Source: Candidatus Hydrogenedentota bacterium | GTDB lineage: Bacteria > Hydrogenedentota > Hydrogenedentia > Hydrogenedentales > SLHB01 | DNA: 64,000 bases | Assembly: GCA_045863335.1 (NCBI GenBank) | Contig: BTVY01000010.1 | Span: forward strand, 1-64,000 | Reading direction: 5' to 3' | In this document: positions 51,387 to 63,297 of the stretch, piece after piece | Layout of the letters: the number at the start of each line of letters is the position of its first letter | Numbering within the stretch: position 1 is the stretch's first letter | Made by a program: the position numbers and the translations under genes | The notes under the pieces: generated by a model | What the model was told of the DNA's origin: nothing | The model's input: the letters and a program-made list of their open reading frames with translations, nothing else | Databases searched by the model: none

Positions 51387-51426
51387 CCGCTGCCCGTGTG
51401 CCTTGTGTGCGCGGGCAGCGGTTTTT
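51387..51426 (+). terminator. Intrinsic terminator
   Basis: CCGCTGCCCG...CGGGCAGCGG followed by TTTTT. Confidence 0.8.
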
Positions 51427-51500
51427 ATGGCACCCCCAGTCTCACGCTAACTCCTTGCGCCCACTTGCAGTAGCGAATCGAGCCGGGTAGGCTCTTCTTC

Positions 51501-53900
51501 ATGAACAGGCCTCTGGTTTGGGTCGCCACGATGCTCGCTTTGGGTACATGGGCCGGTGGCGAAGGGTTGATATCCGGGCTTCTCGTCCCGGTGGCAATCT
51601 TCCTGTGCGGCCTGATTCCCCCCATAGCGATGCCGCGAAAACCACAGTTTAGGCTCGTTTCAGTCGTCCTCTGCTCCTTCGCCCTGGGCACGCTACTCTG
51701 GAACGTGCGGCATGCAGGTCCGCTGGGCGACCCGGTTTCGCAGTTGGTCGATTCCATGCCGAACTCCCCCTGGACCATGACGGGCCGAGTCCAGCGCACG
51801 GATCTCTTTATTGAGAATGCCTCTTCGCTGCGATTCACGCTCGATGTCGATGAGGTGGCTGCCGGCGGCCTTACCTACCAAGCAAGGGGGAAAGTTCAAG
51901 TACGCTGGCGGGACCCGTCAGGGCCGGTATTCACCGGGCAGCGAGTACAGGTGGAAGGAACGGCCACCAACCGAATCGGCACCGTTAATCCAGGAATCTA
52001 CGACGCGGAAGATCATCTCAAATCCGAGGGCACCTTTGCGCAATTGACCGTTCGGACCCCGGACGGCGTCAAGATCTTGAAGGAGGGGCCGTGGTGGTCG
52101 CTACGTTATCAGACCTCGCGTTTTCGCGTCCTGGAAGCCGCATGGTTCAAGGAGATTACGCCGCCGCAGTTCCTTCCGGTCGTGTATGCGGTATGGTTGG
52201 GAGACCGGTCGCACCTGCCACAGGACGTCTATGCGACGTATCGGCTGTCGGGCATCGCGCATATCCTGGCCGTCTCGGGCGTCCACGTAGGGATCATCTT
52301 CGCCAGCACCATGTTCGGCCTGCGCCTGTTCATGAGGAGCGGACGCTATCGTGCGCTGGTCGCCATGGTGACGGTCGTTCTCTTCGCGTTTGTCGCAGGG
52401 GCATCGGTGACCAGTCTGCGCGCGGCGCTGATGGTCTGCATCTATCTCGTGGCCGAGTTGTTCGAACGCGAACCGGACACGCCGACCGCACTGAGCCTCG
52501 CGGCAATCTTTTTCCTCGGCTATAACCCGGACGTTCTGTATCACATCGGATTCCAGCTTTCCTTCGCGAGCGTGGCGTCCATTCTGATCTTCACGTCGCC
52601 TATCGAACGTATTCTCGGGCCCCTACCTCTCGTCGTGCGCCAAACCGTCGCGGTTTCACTTGCCGTGCAGATCCTTCCGGTTCCGCTCTCGGCCTGCTAC
52701 TTCCACGTGTTGCCAGTTTGCGGCCCATTGATCAATCTCGTTGCGGTTCCGCTGTTGACCGTTGTGCTTTGGCTGTGCTTTCTATCTGCGCTGACGGCGG
52801 GGATCTCGTTCTCCATAGCGACTATCTTCGCCCACGCCCTCGCACCCGCGATTACCGTCATCCAAACCGTCGCCGGCTGGGGCGCAGAAGTCCAGCAGTA
52901 TATGCCCCCAATCACGTCGCCCACCCTCGGCGCGGGCATCATGTATGTCCTGGTAGTGCTGAGCGCCGTGGGCATTCGCGCCGCCAGCCGCCGTGGATCC
53001 TTCGTACATCGAGGCGTCGTCGTGGTGGCATTGATTGGCGTAGTCGTATTCTGGCGCGACTGGTGGCCGGAGCCATCCGTTGCCTTTCTTGACGTGCGTC
53101 AAGGCGACGCCACGGTAATCCTATCGCCAGAAGGAAGAGTAGCCGTGATCGACGCGGGAAATCGCAACGAATTCGCGGACTACGGCGAACGCGTCGTCGC
53201 GCCGTACCTTTGGTCGCACGGCGTTACGCGCATCGATCACTTGTTCCTGACCCACGCCGACCGGGACCACATGGGCGGCGCCGTGTACCTGCTCGATGAG
53301 TTGGATGTAGGCGAAGTCTTGCTGGGGCCGGTCGCCGGGGACAGCCAGACGGAGCGAGAGATCATCGAACGCTGTGTAATACACTCGGTCCCCGTCAAAC
53401 GTGTGACGTCTGGCGAAGTCTTTGACTTGGGCGGAGCGGCGCTTCACGTATTGCATCCGCCAGCGGAATGGCCGGGAAACCACGAGGACAACGACCTGAG
53501 TGTCGTGATACGACTCGATTGGGATGGCACGCGCGTGCTCCTGCCCGGCGATATCGAGGCGGAAGCGGAGGCGTTGGTGGCAAGGTCCGATTGCAGGGCG
53601 GACGTGCTGAAAGTCCCCCACCACGGTTCGCGTACGTCGAGCTCGATCGCGTTCATCGACGCGGTGGCTCCGCGATTCGCTGTCGTGTCAACAGGAGGAC
53701 GATACGGGCGAGAGGCCGTTTCATCACAAGTGCTCGACCGCTACGTGCAGCGCGGCATTACCGTGCTCCGAACCGATGAGTTGGGGGCCGTCGTGCTCAG
53801 ACTGGATAACGGCTCTCCGCATCTGGTGGGTACGCGACAAGTACGCCCCGCCAACCCGGTGCTGAAGCGCGCAGGCACAGCCCTTGGAGATAACCAATGA
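51501..53900 (+). CDS. comEC: DNA internalization competence protein ComEC/Rec2
   Basis: OB domain, competence domain (GIAHILAVSGVHV, GFQLSF) and MBL domain (THADRDHMGG, KVPHHGS). Confidence 0.93.
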   Translation: MNRPLVWVATMLALGTWAGGEGLISGLLVPVAIFLCGLIPPIAMPRKPQFRLVSVVLCSFALGTLLWNVRHAGPLGDPVSQLVDSMPNSPWTMTGRVQRTDLFIENASSLRFTLDVDEVAAGGLTYQARGKVQVRWRDPSGPVFTGQRVQVEGTATNRIGTVNPGIYDAEDHLKSEGTFAQLTVRTPDGVKILKEGPWWSLRYQTSRFRVLEAAWFKEITPPQFLPVVYAVWLGDRSHLPQDVYATYRLSGIAHILAVSGVHVGIIFASTMFGLRLFMRSGRYRALVAMVTVVLFAFVAGASVTSLRAALMVCIYLVAELFEREPDTPTALSLAAIFFLGYNPDVLYHIGFQLSFASVASILIFTSPIERILGPLPLVVRQTVAVSLAVQILPVPLSACYFHVLPVCGPLINLVAVPLLTVVLWLCFLSALTAGISFSIATIFAHALAPAITVIQTVAGWGAEVQQYMPPITSPTLGAGIMYVLVVLSAVGIRAASRRGSFVHRGVVVVALIGVVVFWRDWWPEPSVAFLDVRQGDATVILSPEGRVAVIDAGNRNEFADYGERVVAPYLWSHGVTRIDHLFLTHADRDHMGGAVYLLDELDVGEVLLGPVAGDSQTEREIIERCVIHSVPVKRVTSGEVFDLGGAALHVLHPPAEWPGNHEDNDLSVVIRLDWDGTRVLLPGDIEAEAEALVARSDCRADVLKVPHHGSRTSSSIAFIDAVAPRFAVVSTGGRYGREAVSSQVLDRYVQRGITVLRTDELGAVVLRLDNGSPHLVGTRQVRPANPVLKRAGTALGDNQ

Positions 53901-55300
53901 TCCCGGTCAAAATGCGCGCAAGTTTTTCGCTCTTCCTGACAATTACCGCTCTTTCCTTCATCGTCGCCGTTGACTCCAGCGCGGATGACCGCGTCCGGCC
54001 GTATGAGGCCGATCCCCAGTACTGGCAGTACAAGGGCGAGCCCGTGCTCCTGCTCGGGGGCAGCAAGACGGACCACATTTTTCTGCTTGACGATCTGGAG
54101 AGTCACCTCGACGAGATTGTCGCGGCCGGCGGGAACTATGTGCGTTGCACGATGAGCCAACGTGAAGGCGCCGCGCTAAAGCCGCACCGGCTGTTGCCGG
54201 ACAACACGTTTGATCTCGACCAGTGGAACGACGACTACTGGAACCGCTTCGACCGGTGCCTTGAACTATGCGCGGCGCGCAACATCATTGTGCAGATCGA
54301 GCTGTGGGATCGCTTCGACTATTCGCAGAAGGAATGGGCGGCGAGCGCGTGGCGTCCCGCCAACAACGTGAACTACACCGGCGAGGAAACGGGATTCGCC
54401 GACGCCTATCCCGAGCCGGCCCATCGCGACAAGCAACCCTTCTTCTTTACCGTTCCCGGCATACCCCAATACAACAAGCGATACGCGCGCATTCTCTCCT
54501 ATCAGGAAGCCTTCGCGGAAAAGGTTTTGCAGCACGCGCTGCCGCACGGCAACGTGCTCTATTGCATCAGCAACGAAGGATCGGCCCCGGCGGAGTGGAG
54601 CGCGCATTGGGCGCAACTCATCCATGACCGCGCGCGGCAGGCGGGCGTCTCCGCGTTCGTCACGGAAATGCTCGACGGCGCGCGCCTGGAACCCGTCGTG
54701 AGCCGTCCGGACCTGTACACCTTTGTCGAAGGGTCAAAAGTGCTTGGGCCTCGACGTCAAGCCTGGGCGCCGAAAGGCGAAGGTCAATGGCAGATGACCC
54801 TCGACACTTTCGCGGCGATGGGCGATGCGAAGCGGCCTATCAACGCGGTGAAAATCATCACGAACGAAGACGCGGAACAGGACGTCTACTCACGGCAGAA
54901 ACTCTGGCGCGGGCTCATGGCGGGGATGGCTGCCATTCGATTCCATCGTGCGCCCGCAGGGTCTGCCCTCAACGACAGTGCCAAAGCATGCATTCGCGCC
55001 GCGCGGCTGGTCGAAGCGCAGGTAAAATTCTGGGAACTCGCGCCGCGCCTCGATCTGCTTTCAGATCGTGACGTGGACGAAGCATACCTGCGCGCGACAC
55101 CGGGACACGGCTATGTGATGTACTTTCCCAACGGAGGCGAGGTGACGATTGATCTCTCACGGGAACGGGAAACCCTCTCTGGCTACTGGATTGAAGTCGG
55201 AGCGGGCGAACAACGCGAAGTGTTCGCTGTCGACGGGGGCGCGCCAGTATCGATTGCAGCACCCGGAAAGGCAGATTGGGCCCTCGTACTTACACCTTAG
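53897..55300 (+). CDS. Secreted glycoside-hydrolase-like protein (clan GH-A-like barrel with C-terminal beta domain)
   Basis: Signal peptide; motifs YWQYKGEPVLLLG, GGNYVR, YCISNE and a C-terminal DWAL. Confidence 0.6.
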   Translation: MIPVKMRASFSLFLTITALSFIVAVDSSADDRVRPYEADPQYWQYKGEPVLLLGGSKTDHIFLLDDLESHLDEIVAAGGNYVRCTMSQREGAALKPHRLLPDNTFDLDQWNDDYWNRFDRCLELCAARNIIVQIELWDRFDYSQKEWAASAWRPANNVNYTGEETGFADAYPEPAHRDKQPFFFTVPGIPQYNKRYARILSYQEAFAEKVLQHALPHGNVLYCISNEGSAPAEWSAHWAQLIHDRARQAGVSAFVTEMLDGARLEPVVSRPDLYTFVEGSKVLGPRRQAWAPKGEGQWQMTLDTFAAMGDAKRPINAVKIITNEDAEQDVYSRQKLWRGLMAGMAAIRFHRAPAGSALNDSAKACIRAARLVEAQVKFWELAPRLDLLSDRDVDEAYLRATPGHGYVMYFPNGGEVTIDLSRERETLSGYWIEVGAGEQREVFAVDGGAPVSIAAPGKADWALVLTP

Positions 55301-55416
55301 AGGTATCGCGAGCGGCATCGAGTATCAAACCTTGCCGTTCCGGAACTTTGGTCGCGCATCGGGGATTCCATGCAGTACGCATCGCAATGGCCCGGCATCG
55401 ATATGAGGGACCTTTC

Positions 55417-55962
55417 ATGCTTACTGCGCACGTGCCTGCAGGCTATATCCTATCCAGAGCGGCGTTATCATCAGGCCTGCTGCCCGCGACCCTGTCGCCT
55501 CGACTCGTCATAGCATCCGGGGTGTTCGCTGCAATCCTGCCCGACCTCGATATGATCTACTTCTACACCATCGACGCGCGCCAACACCTGCACCACAGCT
55601 ATTGGACGCACATCCCATTGTTTTGGGTGGGCGTCTGCCTTGTCGTCGTTGCCGTGCTATATGCAATCCGGCAGGCAAAGTATGCGCCCCTGGTGGTTCT
55701 TGCTGCCGCAAACCTTCTCGTTCACTGCTTCCTGGATACGGTTGTTGCCGGCATCCTTTGGCACAAACCGTTTCTTCACAAATATACGGTGTTCGTAGAA
55801 GTTCCGAACGTATATCCCTACACGTTTATGAACTTTGTGCTGCACTGGACCTTTATATTCGAAGTGCTCATCTGGATCGTGGCGCTCGGATTGTTCCTCG
55901 GCGGCAGCCGCGGATTCTTGCGGCGACGCACGCCAACGTCCAGTCTCCCTGAAATGGGTTGA
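55417..55962 (+). CDS. Membrane-bound metal-dependent hydrolase (YdjM/DUF457-like)
   Basis: Motifs TAH, LPDLD, HHSYWTH and HCFLD. Confidence 0.8.
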   Translation: MLTAHVPAGYILSRAALSSGLLPATLSPRLVIASGVFAAILPDLDMIYFYTIDARQHLHHSYWTHIPLFWVGVCLVVVAVLYAIRQAKYAPLVVLAAANLLVHCFLDTVVAGILWHKPFLHKYTVFVEVPNVYPYTFMNFVLHWTFIFEVLIWIVALGLFLGGSRGFLRRRTPTSSLPEMG

Positions 55963-55963
55963 A

Positions 55964-56707
55964 TCACCCCTTCCGCGCGGTGATGAAATCGAAATGGTCG
56001 ACAAATTCCAGCACCTCCACGTCCGCATACCGGGCTTCCATTTCGCCCAGACCAGCCGCCAATTCCTCTGGCGAGAACGACGACAGAAGTGTCATGTACT
56101 GGGACTCGACCATGGCGAAATACTTGACCTTTGGGATGGCGTGCGGGTATTCGAGACAGTCGTGCTCCACTTGGAAACCCGCGTCGCGCAAGAGTTCCTG
56201 CAATTCGTCGGGGCAGGCGTGCCAGTTCAAGGCTCGTTCCAGCGCCGCATCGAACAAGGGATACCGGATCGTCGGCGGTACGTGCACCAGAAGAAACGCG
56301 CCGCCCTTCGGAAGGTTCGCGTAAATGTTCGCGAAGAGCTGCGCCTTGTCGTCCACGTGGTGCACGGCTTCCTTCATGAACGCTTTCGTGTATCCGTTGT
56401 GGTTTGCCGAGTACGCAAGCGCGTCCATGCAGATGGGCGTCAACCCACAACCTTCCGGGATCGCAGCGAGCATTTCGGCGAAGGGGTCCACTGCTTGAAC
56501 GGGTTGCTTCAATGAAACCTGCTTCAGGATGTCGACGGAGTACATGCCGGTGCCGCAAGCGAGGTCCAGCAGGACATCATCCGGCTGGAGTTCGAGTTTC
56601 TCGACCATCTTGGACGTCAATGCGCGCACGAATTCTGGCGAATAGTACAGGAAATCGTCGTACTTGTCCGCGATCCGCGTGTAATGTTCACGCAACAGTT
56701 CACTCAT
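55964..56707 (-). CDS. Class I SAM-dependent methyltransferase, last gene of the ect-ehu operon
   Basis: Motif I LLDLACGTG, VDP and KEAVHH; 26 bp after ehuA with RBS GGGAGGGAG. Confidence 0.88.
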   Translation of the reverse strand: MSELLREHYTRIADKYDDFLYYSPEFVRALTSKMVEKLELQPDDVLLDLACGTGMYSVDILKQVSLKQPVQAVDPFAEMLAAIPEGCGLTPICMDALAYSANHNGYTKAFMKEAVHHVDDKAQLFANIYANLPKGGAFLLVHVPPTIRYPLFDAALERALNWHACPDELQELLRDAGFQVEHDCLEYPHAIPKVKYFAMVESQYMTLLSSFSPEELAAGLGEMEARYADVEVLEFVDHFDFITARKG

Positions 56708-56733
56708 CTAATCTCCCTCCCTGGCTGCCTGCT

Positions 56734-57510
56734 TCATGCTTCGAGAACCGCCTTCAAGAATTCTCGGGTCCGTTCTTCGGACGGTTCAGTGAAGATGTGA
56801 TCGGGCGTGCCTTCTTCAACGATATTTCCGTGGTCGATGAAGACCACACGATCGGAGATCTCCTGCGCAAACCGCATCTCGTGGGTAACGAGGATCATCG
56901 TCGTGTCGTCCTGATGGGCCAGGTCGCGAAGCACTGTCAACACTTCGCCAACCAGCTCCGGGTCGAGGGCCGAAGTGACCTCGTCGAACAACATCACCGC
57001 CGGTTGCAGGGCCAGCGCGCGGGCAATCGCAACGCGCTGCTTCTGGCCTCCGGACAGTTGCCCGGGATAGACGTCGACTTTGTCGGCGAGACCCACCTTG
57101 TCCAGGAGTTGCCGGGCGCGCTCTTCCGCTTCTGCCCTGGGCGTCTTTAAGACGTGCCGCGGCGCGACGGTGACGTTGTGGAGCACGGTCATATGGGGAA
57201 ACAGGTTGAAGTGTTGAAAGACCATGCCCACCTTGCCCCGAACGTGACGAACGTGTTTGCGATTGGCAGGGACTGTCTTGCCGTTCTTCCGCATGTGCCA
57301 CATCGAGTCGCCGTCGATTTCAATTTCGCCTGAGGTCGGTTTCTCCAGGGTCATGATCAATCGCAATAAGGTCGATTTTCCCGAACCGCTCGGGCCTATG
57401 ATGGATACCTTCTCTTTAGGCGCTACATCGAGATTCAGACCACGAATCACATGAACGTCACCATAGGATTTGACGATATTCTTGAGGCGGACGATCGGTT
57501 GCTCGCTCAT
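56734..57510 (-). CDS. ehuA: Ectoine/hydroxyectoine ABC transporter ATPase EhuA
   Basis: Motifs [22 protein letters not shown] and [11 protein letters not shown]; ehu context. Confidence 0.92.
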   Translation of the reverse strand: MSEQPIVRLKNIVKSYGDVHVIRGLNLDVAPKEKVSIIGPSGSGKSTLLRLIMTLEKPTSGEIEIDGDSMWHMRKNGKTVPANRKHVRHVRGKVGMVFQHFNLFPHMTVLHNVTVAPRHVLKTPRAEAEERARQLLDKVGLADKVDVYPGQLSGGQKQRVAIARALALQPAVMLFDEVTSALDPELVGEVLTVLRDLAHQDDTTMILVTHEMRFAQEISDRVVFIDHGNIVEEGTPDHIFTEPSEERTREFLKAVLEA

Positions 57511-58172
57511 GGGCGCGCTCCGTGGACGTGCAGCTTGCGTTCACTCCACCGGATGAATGAAGCCGCCAGCAAGCTGCACACGAGGAAGAAGATCCCCGCC
57601 ATCGTGAGGGGTTCCAGATAGCGGAAGGTCTCGGAGCCGATGATCTTGGATGATTGCAGCAATTCAAGCACGGTGATCGCGGAGAGCATGGGCGTATCCT
57701 TGAACATGGCGACGAAATAGTTGCCGAGGGCCGGGATAATCGGCGGAATCGCCTGGGGCAGGATCACCTTGAACCACGTCTGACGCCGATTCAGGTTAAG
57801 CGCAGTAGCCGCTTCCCATTGACCCCGGTCGACGCCCTCGATGCCCGCTCGATAGACCTCTGACATGAACCCGCTGTAATGAATGCCGAGCGCGATGATG
57901 CCCGTGAGGAGCGGCGTCATGCTGATCCCGAATTCCGGCAAGACATAGAACAGGAAGTAGATCTGCACGAGCACCGGTGTGCTCCGAATGAATTCCACAA
58001 TCGAGGCCACGGGCCAACAGATCGTACGGTGCTTGCTCCGGCGCGCCATGGCCCAGATCAGGCCCAGAACCGCCGCGAGCAGGGTGCCGATGATGGTCGC
58101 TTTCACGGTGACCACCAAACCGCGCAGCAGCTCGGGCATGATCTCCCAGGCAAATTGCCAGTCGAAGTTCAA
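57507..58172 (-). CDS. ehuD: Ectoine/hydroxyectoine ABC transporter permease EhuD
   Basis: Motifs [24 protein letters not shown] and FKDTP; TTG start after GGAGG. Confidence 0.9.
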   Translation of the reverse strand: MNFDWQFAWEIMPELLRGLVVTVKATIIGTLLAAVLGLIWAMARRSKHRTICWPVASIVEFIRSTPVLVQIYFLFYVLPEFGISMTPLLTGIIALGIHYSGFMSEVYRAGIEGVDRGQWEAATALNLNRRQTWFKVILPQAIPPIIPALGNYFVAMFKDTPMLSAITVLELLQSSKIIGSETFRYLEPLTMAGIFFLVCSLLAASFIRWSERKLHVHGARP

Positions 58173-58837
58173 TGGGATACCTCCAATTGCCGACCTCGTG
58201 TGAGGCGCCGTTCCAGCATGCGCACGAAGAACGTGAGGACGAGCGCAATGACGAAGTACATTACGAGCAGAAGTCCGAAGACTTCCGTGGTTCGCAAGGT
58301 TTCCGCGCGGAGCAATTGGCCGCGGAAGGTCAGATCGCTCAGCGTGATCAGCGAGACCAGCGCGGTGCTCTTCAACAACTCGATGAGCAGATTCCCCGCC
58401 GGTGGCAACATGGCGATGGCCGCCTGCGGCACGGTCACCAGCCACAAACTTTGCAACGGCGACAAGTTCAGCGCGGTGGATGCTTCGTGCTGTCCTTTGG
58501 GCACCGCCTGAATGGCGCCGCGCACGACCTCGCCGCCGTAGCTGCCGATATTGAGGCCGAGCACGAGGATCCCTGTCGTCATGGCGGAAAGGCTGACGCC
58601 AATGAGCGGCAGCGCGAAATAGAACCAGTACAACTGGACCAGCGCGGAGGTCCCGCGGAACGTTTCAATATACGCAATCGACATCCAGCGGATCGGCAAC
58701 ACTTTGCTGAGCCGGCCCAGACCCGACAGCCACGCCGCGACAAAGGCAACGCAAGCACCCCCCGCCGTAAGCCCCAGAGTGACCCAGAGTCCGCCCAGCA
58801 ACGAAGGCAGTAAATCAAGTGGCGGCGGCACGTCCAC
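58169..58837 (-). CDS. ehuC: Ectoine/hydroxyectoine ABC transporter permease EhuC
   Basis: Motifs FRGTSALVQLYW, EVVRGA and LVSLITLSDLTF. Confidence 0.9.
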   Translation of the reverse strand: MDVPPPLDLLPSLLGGLWVTLGLTAGGACVAFVAAWLSGLGRLSKVLPIRWMSIAYIETFRGTSALVQLYWFYFALPLIGVSLSAMTTGILVLGLNIGSYGGEVVRGAIQAVPKGQHEASTALNLSPLQSLWLVTVPQAAIAMLPPAGNLLIELLKSTALVSLITLSDLTFRGQLLRAETLRTTEVFGLLLVMYFVIALVLTFFVRMLERRLTRGRQLEVSH

Positions 58838-58849
58838 AACCTCCCCCCG

Positions 58850-59032
58850 CCGTCATCCTCGCGTAAGCGGGGACCCATCTTTGGTCTACCTCAAGCGCCG
58901 CATATTGAGTCCCACACCCGTGACGAACCCACACCGTCATCCCCGCGAAGGCGGGGATCCATCTTCGTGGCACGTCCCAAGCACTTGGCGATGCGAAGAT
59001 GGATCCCCGCCTTCGCGGGGATGACGGTGTGG
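58850..59032. repeat. REP-like cluster between ehuB and ehuC
   Basis: Perfect 39-bp inverted repeat (58929-58967 / 58994-59032) with core CGTCATCCCCGCGAAGGCGGGGATCCA, plus a third degenerate copy at 58850-58880. Confidence 0.85.
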
Positions 59033-59044
59033 AGCGGGACATTG

Positions 59045-59959
59045 TCATGAGCCGCCGCCTACGCCACCGCAGAGTTCCTCGGCCGTCACATCGCCGGGCA
59101 ACTCACTCTCTGTGAAGCCGAAAGGTTGGACCGTCTGCAAGTGATCTGGCGTGCCGATGTAGTCGCCCAGCGCTTCGTTAAACGCTTCACGAAACGCGGC
59201 GTCGTCATTGCGGAATCCGAAGGCGCCATATCCACGTATGGTCTCGCCTTCGATGACCGGATCGGTGAAAGGCTCCGCGCGCTCCAGCTTTCCATTGCCG
59301 GACTTGCTCATGAGATCCTGAATCGTGAGGCTCGTGCCCGCGTAGGCGTCGACCCGTCCCGCGACCACACCGGCAAGCGCGCTCGGCGGATCGGGAAACA
59401 CGATGACGCGGTCGTCGGGTATTCCGGTGGATCGCGCGTAGCCCCGCTCCACGGTTCCTGCCACCACGCCGAGCGTTGCGGACTCGTGCTGCGCGATGTC
59501 CTCGTAGCTGTGCAGAGCGAGCGGGTTGCCCGCCTTTACGACAAAGGCCTCGCCAATCGTATAGCTCGGGTTGGAGAACGCGATCTGCTCGCAACGCTCC
59601 GGCGTGATGTACATCCCCGCCGCGATTACATCGAATCGCTTCGCTTTCAAGCCCGGGATCAGCGAGCCGAACTCCGTCAGCACGCCTTCCACCTCGTTCA
59701 CGCCCATGCCGCTCATGACGGCGCGCAATACCTCCGGCGCTTCGCCGGTCAGTTTTCCCGTAGACGAATCAACGTACGCGTAGGGTGCTTCGTTCGCATA
59801 GCCCACGCGGATCGTGCCGGTCCGTTGGATCCGGTCCAGCGTCGACTCATCAGGATTAGACGGTGCGGAGCCCGAGCCGCCGCAGGACGGCAAGATCGCG
59901 CCAATCAGAAAAGCGGCGGCTACCGCGCGCGACAGCCGCCGGATGATGCGTTGTGACAT
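59045..59959 (-). CDS. ehuB: Ectoine/hydroxyectoine ABC transporter substrate-binding lipoprotein EhuB
   Basis: Motifs GYANEAPY, TGEAPE, FGSLIPGL, AAGMYITPERC and YGAFGFR; lipobox LPSC. Confidence 0.92.
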   Translation of the reverse strand: MSQRIIRRLSRAVAAAFLIGAILPSCGGSGSAPSNPDESTLDRIQRTGTIRVGYANEAPYAYVDSSTGKLTGEAPEVLRAVMSGMGVNEVEGVLTEFGSLIPGLKAKRFDVIAAGMYITPERCEQIAFSNPSYTIGEAFVVKAGNPLALHSYEDIAQHESATLGVVAGTVERGYARSTGIPDDRVIVFPDPPSALAGVVAGRVDAYAGTSLTIQDLMSKSGNGKLERAEPFTDPVIEGETIRGYGAFGFRNDDAAFREAFNEALGDYIGTPDHLQTVQPFGFTESELPGDVTAEELCGGVGGGS

Positions 59960-59992
59960 CGTGTGAATCTCCGGGGCACGTCGCCCCACATA

Positions 59993-60925
59993 TCAAGCTT
60001 GAATCGCTTCCATGTTGGCGACCAGCGAGCCGCTGTCCACCGGGGTGATGGGTGAGAAATCGTGGGACGCGACGAATTCCGGACGCGGCTTGTCGGCCTG
60101 AAAGGGATCAACGAGCGCGTTGGAGACCGCGTTGTACACGAGAAACACGTTGCTGCGCGGATACGGCGAAATGTTGCTGTTCGACCCATGCATGACGTTG
60201 CACTCAAACAACAGCACCGAACCGGCCCCACCCTTCGGGGCTACGATACCGCCGCGCTCGGCGAGCGTGGTCAAACTCGTGTGGTCCGGCACGCCGTATT
60301 CTTGCTTGCGCAAGGAATCTTTGTAATGATCCTTCGGAGTCCGCCCCGCACAGGACACGAAGTACTTGTGCGATCCCGGAATCACCATGAGCGGACCGTT
60401 ATGTTCGTTGTTTTCCGTGAGCGCGATGGAGCAACTGACAGCGCGCATGCGCGGCATACCGTCTTCCGCGTGCCAGGTCTCGAAATCGGAGTGCCAGTAG
60501 AACTCCTTGCCCTTGAAACCCGGCTTGTAGTTGATGCGGGACTGATGGATGTAGAGATCGTCGTCCAACAACTGGCGGATCATGTCCACGAGGCGGCTGT
60601 CGCGCGAAAGCATCCAGAAGAGGTGGCTCAAGCGGGTCACGTCGAACACTGAACGCACGTCTTTGCTGGTGGGTTCGATGATCGTGCACCCCTTCTCGGC
60701 GACTTCCTCCGACTGGCGAAGCGCGTGCACTTCCTTCTGCATCGCGTCTACTTCGTCGCCTGCGAAAAAGTTCTCGAGAAAAAGGAACCCGTCCCGGTCG
60801 TATTGTTCAAGTTGCGGCCGGGTGAGTGGCCCCAAGGCGGAACCGTTGTGACTGTAGACAACCGGATCCCGGCGCTCCATGAGCGAGAATTCATCGGTTG
60901 TGCGGGTTGGGTAGATATCCTGCAT
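59993..60925 (-). CDS. ectD: Ectoine hydroxylase
   Basis: EctD signature FYWHSDFETWHAEDGMP; HGSNSNISPYPRSN. Confidence 0.97.
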   Translation of the reverse strand: MQDIYPTRTTDEFSLMERRDPVVYSHNGSALGPLTRPQLEQYDRDGFLFLENFFAGDEVDAMQKEVHALRQSEEVAEKGCTIIEPTSKDVRSVFDVTRLSHLFWMLSRDSRLVDMIRQLLDDDLYIHQSRINYKPGFKGKEFYWHSDFETWHAEDGMPRMRAVSCSIALTENNEHNGPLMVIPGSHKYFVSCAGRTPKDHYKDSLRKQEYGVPDHTSLTTLAERGGIVAPKGGAGSVLLFECNVMHGSNSNISPYPRSNVFLVYNAVSNALVDPFQADKPRPEFVASHDFSPITPVDSGSLVANMEAIQA

Positions 60926-60937
60926 GGTTCCCTTCCT

Positions 60938-61372
60938 TCAGTGTTCGGTGGCCGCCAGGGGCTTGGCAGCCACGGAGTCGTTCTCTTCATCCTCAATCAA
61001 GGGATAGACGCCTTCGTCGTCGTGTACTTCCTTGCCCGTGCAGGGGGGATTGAACACGCACATGAGGCGGAGATTGGTCTTGGCGCGCACGATGTGCTTG
61101 TCGTGCTGGTCCAGGGCATACATGGTTCCCGGGACAATGGTGTGCTTGTCCCCGTTTGCCAGGTCCTCCAGTTCCCCTTCGCCTTCGACGCAGTAGACCG
61201 ATTCCAGATGGTTCCGGTACCACATGTAGGTTTCTGTGCCTGCGTAGATGATGGTCTCGTGGAAGGAGAAACCCATGCCATCCTTCCGCAGCAGAAAACG
61301 GCGGCTGACCCAGGTCGGTGCGTGGACCTCGCGGTCCGTGCCCTGCAAATCTTTAGCGGTGCGAACGATCAT
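60938..61372 (-). CDS. ectC: Ectoine synthase
   Basis: [27 protein letters not shown] and CVFNPP. Confidence 0.97.
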   Translation of the reverse strand: MIVRTAKDLQGTDREVHAPTWVSRRFLLRKDGMGFSFHETIIYAGTETYMWYRNHLESVYCVEGEGELEDLANGDKHTIVPGTMYALDQHDKHIVRAKTNLRLMCVFNPPCTGKEVHDDEGVYPLIEDEENDSVAAKPLAATEH

Positions 61373-61373
61373 T

Positions 61374-63292
<1,919 letters not shown>

Positions 63293-63297
63293 ATCGG

